Source: Phallusia mammillata (lineage: Eukaryota). From it: 64,000 nucleotides of DNA. The position numbers were made by a program, and so were the translations under genes. Below the pieces are notes generated by a model. The model searched no databases. It saw only the letters and a program-made list of their open reading frames with translations, and had not been told where the DNA came from. The stretch spans positions 19,530,001 to 19,594,000 of the forward strand of contig OZ281501.1 in the NCBI GenBank assembly GCA_965637545.1, in the 5' to 3' direction. The first letter of the stretch is position 1, and each line of letters opens with the position of its first letter. This document shows, in pieces, positions 62,156 through 64,000 of the stretch.

Positions 62156-64000
62156 TTACAACGAGAAGAATCGTTGCAAGGAATATCCGATGAGTGCAGG
62201 GAGAGACATCATCAGCAAACTCTGCAATGGCATCACAGACCCGTTGCCTGCCAACAAAACTTTGTTTAAATACTCGACCAAGTGTGTTTCGTTTCGTAGT
62301 TAAAGCCGCAAATCACATTAAGTGCGACTTCATTTGTCAAAAACGCTTTTGAACGTAGAATTCTGGGTATTTATATTCTGAGGCAGTTGTTTATTGCATT
62401 TTATATCAGGACACTTTTTTGTCCAGTTCTTATTCAAAGTGAATTCTTAAAGTTTATTAAACTTTTCACAAATCGACTTTGGTGCAAAAAGTCACAGAAA
62501 AAGTAACTGGGTTACACCGGTATGTTTTATGGTAACACGCACCTTGGTTGCAACCATTCCCTGTGCAGGTTCTGTTGCACACTCGGTAATCGACCCCGTC
62601 AACAGTAGTCTCGTTGCAGCTGTTTCCTTGGTCGAAGAAAGCGCATCCTCTGGTGACGTCTCGGCTGAAACCTTCTCTGTCTTCACCTGAACCGCGAAAG
62701 TTTGGGTCAGAAATGTCATTTTCCACTTTCATTGACAAGTTTGCTTACCGATTTCCCTGACAAAGCAATATCGATGAGCAGGGCTTGTGCAGACAGTTGC
62801 CACTGGTGGGTTATTTAGGCAAATGTCGTATCCAGCCACAAGTCCGTCAAAGCTGGATGAAGACCTTTGAGTACTGCAGTCCACACATCTGCTTCGGGTT
62901 GCTGTAAAAAGATTGTCAACGAACTTTATAATTTCCAAACTGGAAACAGCCCTGAAGTGTTTATGCAGAACAGCGATCACGGAATACTTATAAACCATAA
63001 TACGCCAGCCCCATTTAAGGAGACTTATCTAATCAGCCGGTCACCAAGCATTCCCATATATGAAAAGACATAGGCTAGAGAAATCTAGCATGCAGTGGGA
63101 TTCGAAGCAATTTCAGGGGCCATTTTCACGTCCTGCGCTCTATCAACTGTTCTACACAGGCTCAGTGTCGAGCCTTAATTCAATCGGTCTGACGTACAGA
63201 GAAATATTTCCAAACTAGACAGTTTTAACGACCAAATTGAAACTTACGAAATCCGACGTTGCATCCGTCTTCAGTGCAGCTTTCCTCGCATGTCACTCTC
63301 AATGCGCTGCTTGTTCCAAGTGTTGCGTTAGTGCAAGAGTTCACAGATGTTGTGGAATCACGGCATCCGCGTTCAGTTGATATAATCCAAACATCGGGAT
63401 TAGCTGAACAACAATCCACAATAAAGCACAGAGAAAGTTTGATTCAACCACGAACCACGTACCTTGGTGGCGAAGATCGCCCTTTTCCTGATAGTAGTAG
63501 ATAATTTTTGAGTAGCACTGATTCGCGGCACCTTGGCAAAGTGTTCTTCCGGTTATGGTGTTGCACGAGTGACCATTTCCGGTTCCTGTGCATTGTACGC
63601 ACTGGAGAGCTCTATCTGCGGCCGCTACAACTCCATCAGCTGCAAACATTCACTTGTCAACCTCGCTGTTTTCCATATTATTGCTTGTGCTTACGTGTTC
63701 CTGTGTTGCAGTTATCGGTCTGACAAGTGCTGGTGCAAGTCTGTTCAGTGTGGTCGGTGAATCTGGTGTCAGAAGGGTTGGAAAACTCGCATCGGTCTTG
63801 GAAGTTGTTGGTTGTTGTGCATCCGCGGGTTATTCGGCTCGTCACCACGGCCCCAACTACAAGAAATCGAAAGAACTAGTTTGAAATCGTGTTTACCGGG
63901 AACAGAACATTATTTAATTTCTTCTTCACTCTCAGTTTTGAAATAACTTACCGGCATCGTACAGGGTAGTTCTAGTTGTTGTGCAGTAAACATCTGCAGC
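62156..64000 (-). CDS. Array copy G (5' part outside the window): end of LU2 through LU3, LU4 and GPI-type tail
   Basis: The same exons as B-F from LU2a onward. The LU4 exons translate identically to copy D, and the stop is at 62158-62156. Confidence 0.8.
62970..63200 (-). mobile_element. SINE-like insertion in copy G, near-identical to that in D
   Basis: gcttcgaatcccactgcatgctagatttctc, with surrounding sequence closely matching 46600-46790. Confidence 0.45.

Noticed and set aside
36658-63884. Many recurring plus-strand ORFs in the array (e.g. MSTSLFSILL..., MHPSSVQLSS..., 47314-47628, 52314-52637, 57958-58272)
   Set aside because: They are antisense shadows of the minus-strand LU/EGF exons and recur only because the genes are duplicated.
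1-64000. CRISPR arrays, rRNA, bona fide tRNA genes, prokaryotic operons, autonomous transposase or RT ORFs
   Set aside because: None were seen. The repeats are gene-sized duplications, and the B-box hits lack a full cloverleaf.

Overview
AT-rich, intron-dense animal genomic DNA. It is probably from a compact invertebrate chordate such as an ascidian (inference from gene content and intron sizes), and no prokaryotic features are present. The left half (1-29 kb) holds conserved genes assembled by hand from exons: CACYBP (+), PHYHD1 (-) with an intact acid-sphingomyelinase (SMPD1-like) gene nested antisense in its 5.2-kb intron 4, TSEN15 (+), UPF3 (+), NEK6/7 (+), RPL5 (+) and a CCDC190-like gene (-). 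It also holds hAT and PIF/Harbinger non-autonomous elements and a fold-back repeat interrupted by a minimal hammerhead-ribozyme motif. The right half (31.9-64 kb) is a minus-strand tandem array of at least 7 paralogues, here called A-G (G runs off the window). Each encodes a roughly 500-520 aa protein: signal peptide, LU1, EGF, LU2, LU3, LU4 and a GPI-type tail, where LU is a Ly6/uPAR three-finger domain. Copies B-F have jointly lost the Cys4/Cys6 pair of LU1. Variation is concentrated in LU1 and in the first loops of LU3 and LU4, while LU2 is nearly invariant. Copy E carries an in-frame stop, and the copies are mosaics of one another. This array is the best candidate for an undescribed system, possibly a diversifying cell-surface recognition family; that function is inference only. 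All gene models were spliced and translated by eye, and no database searches were run.
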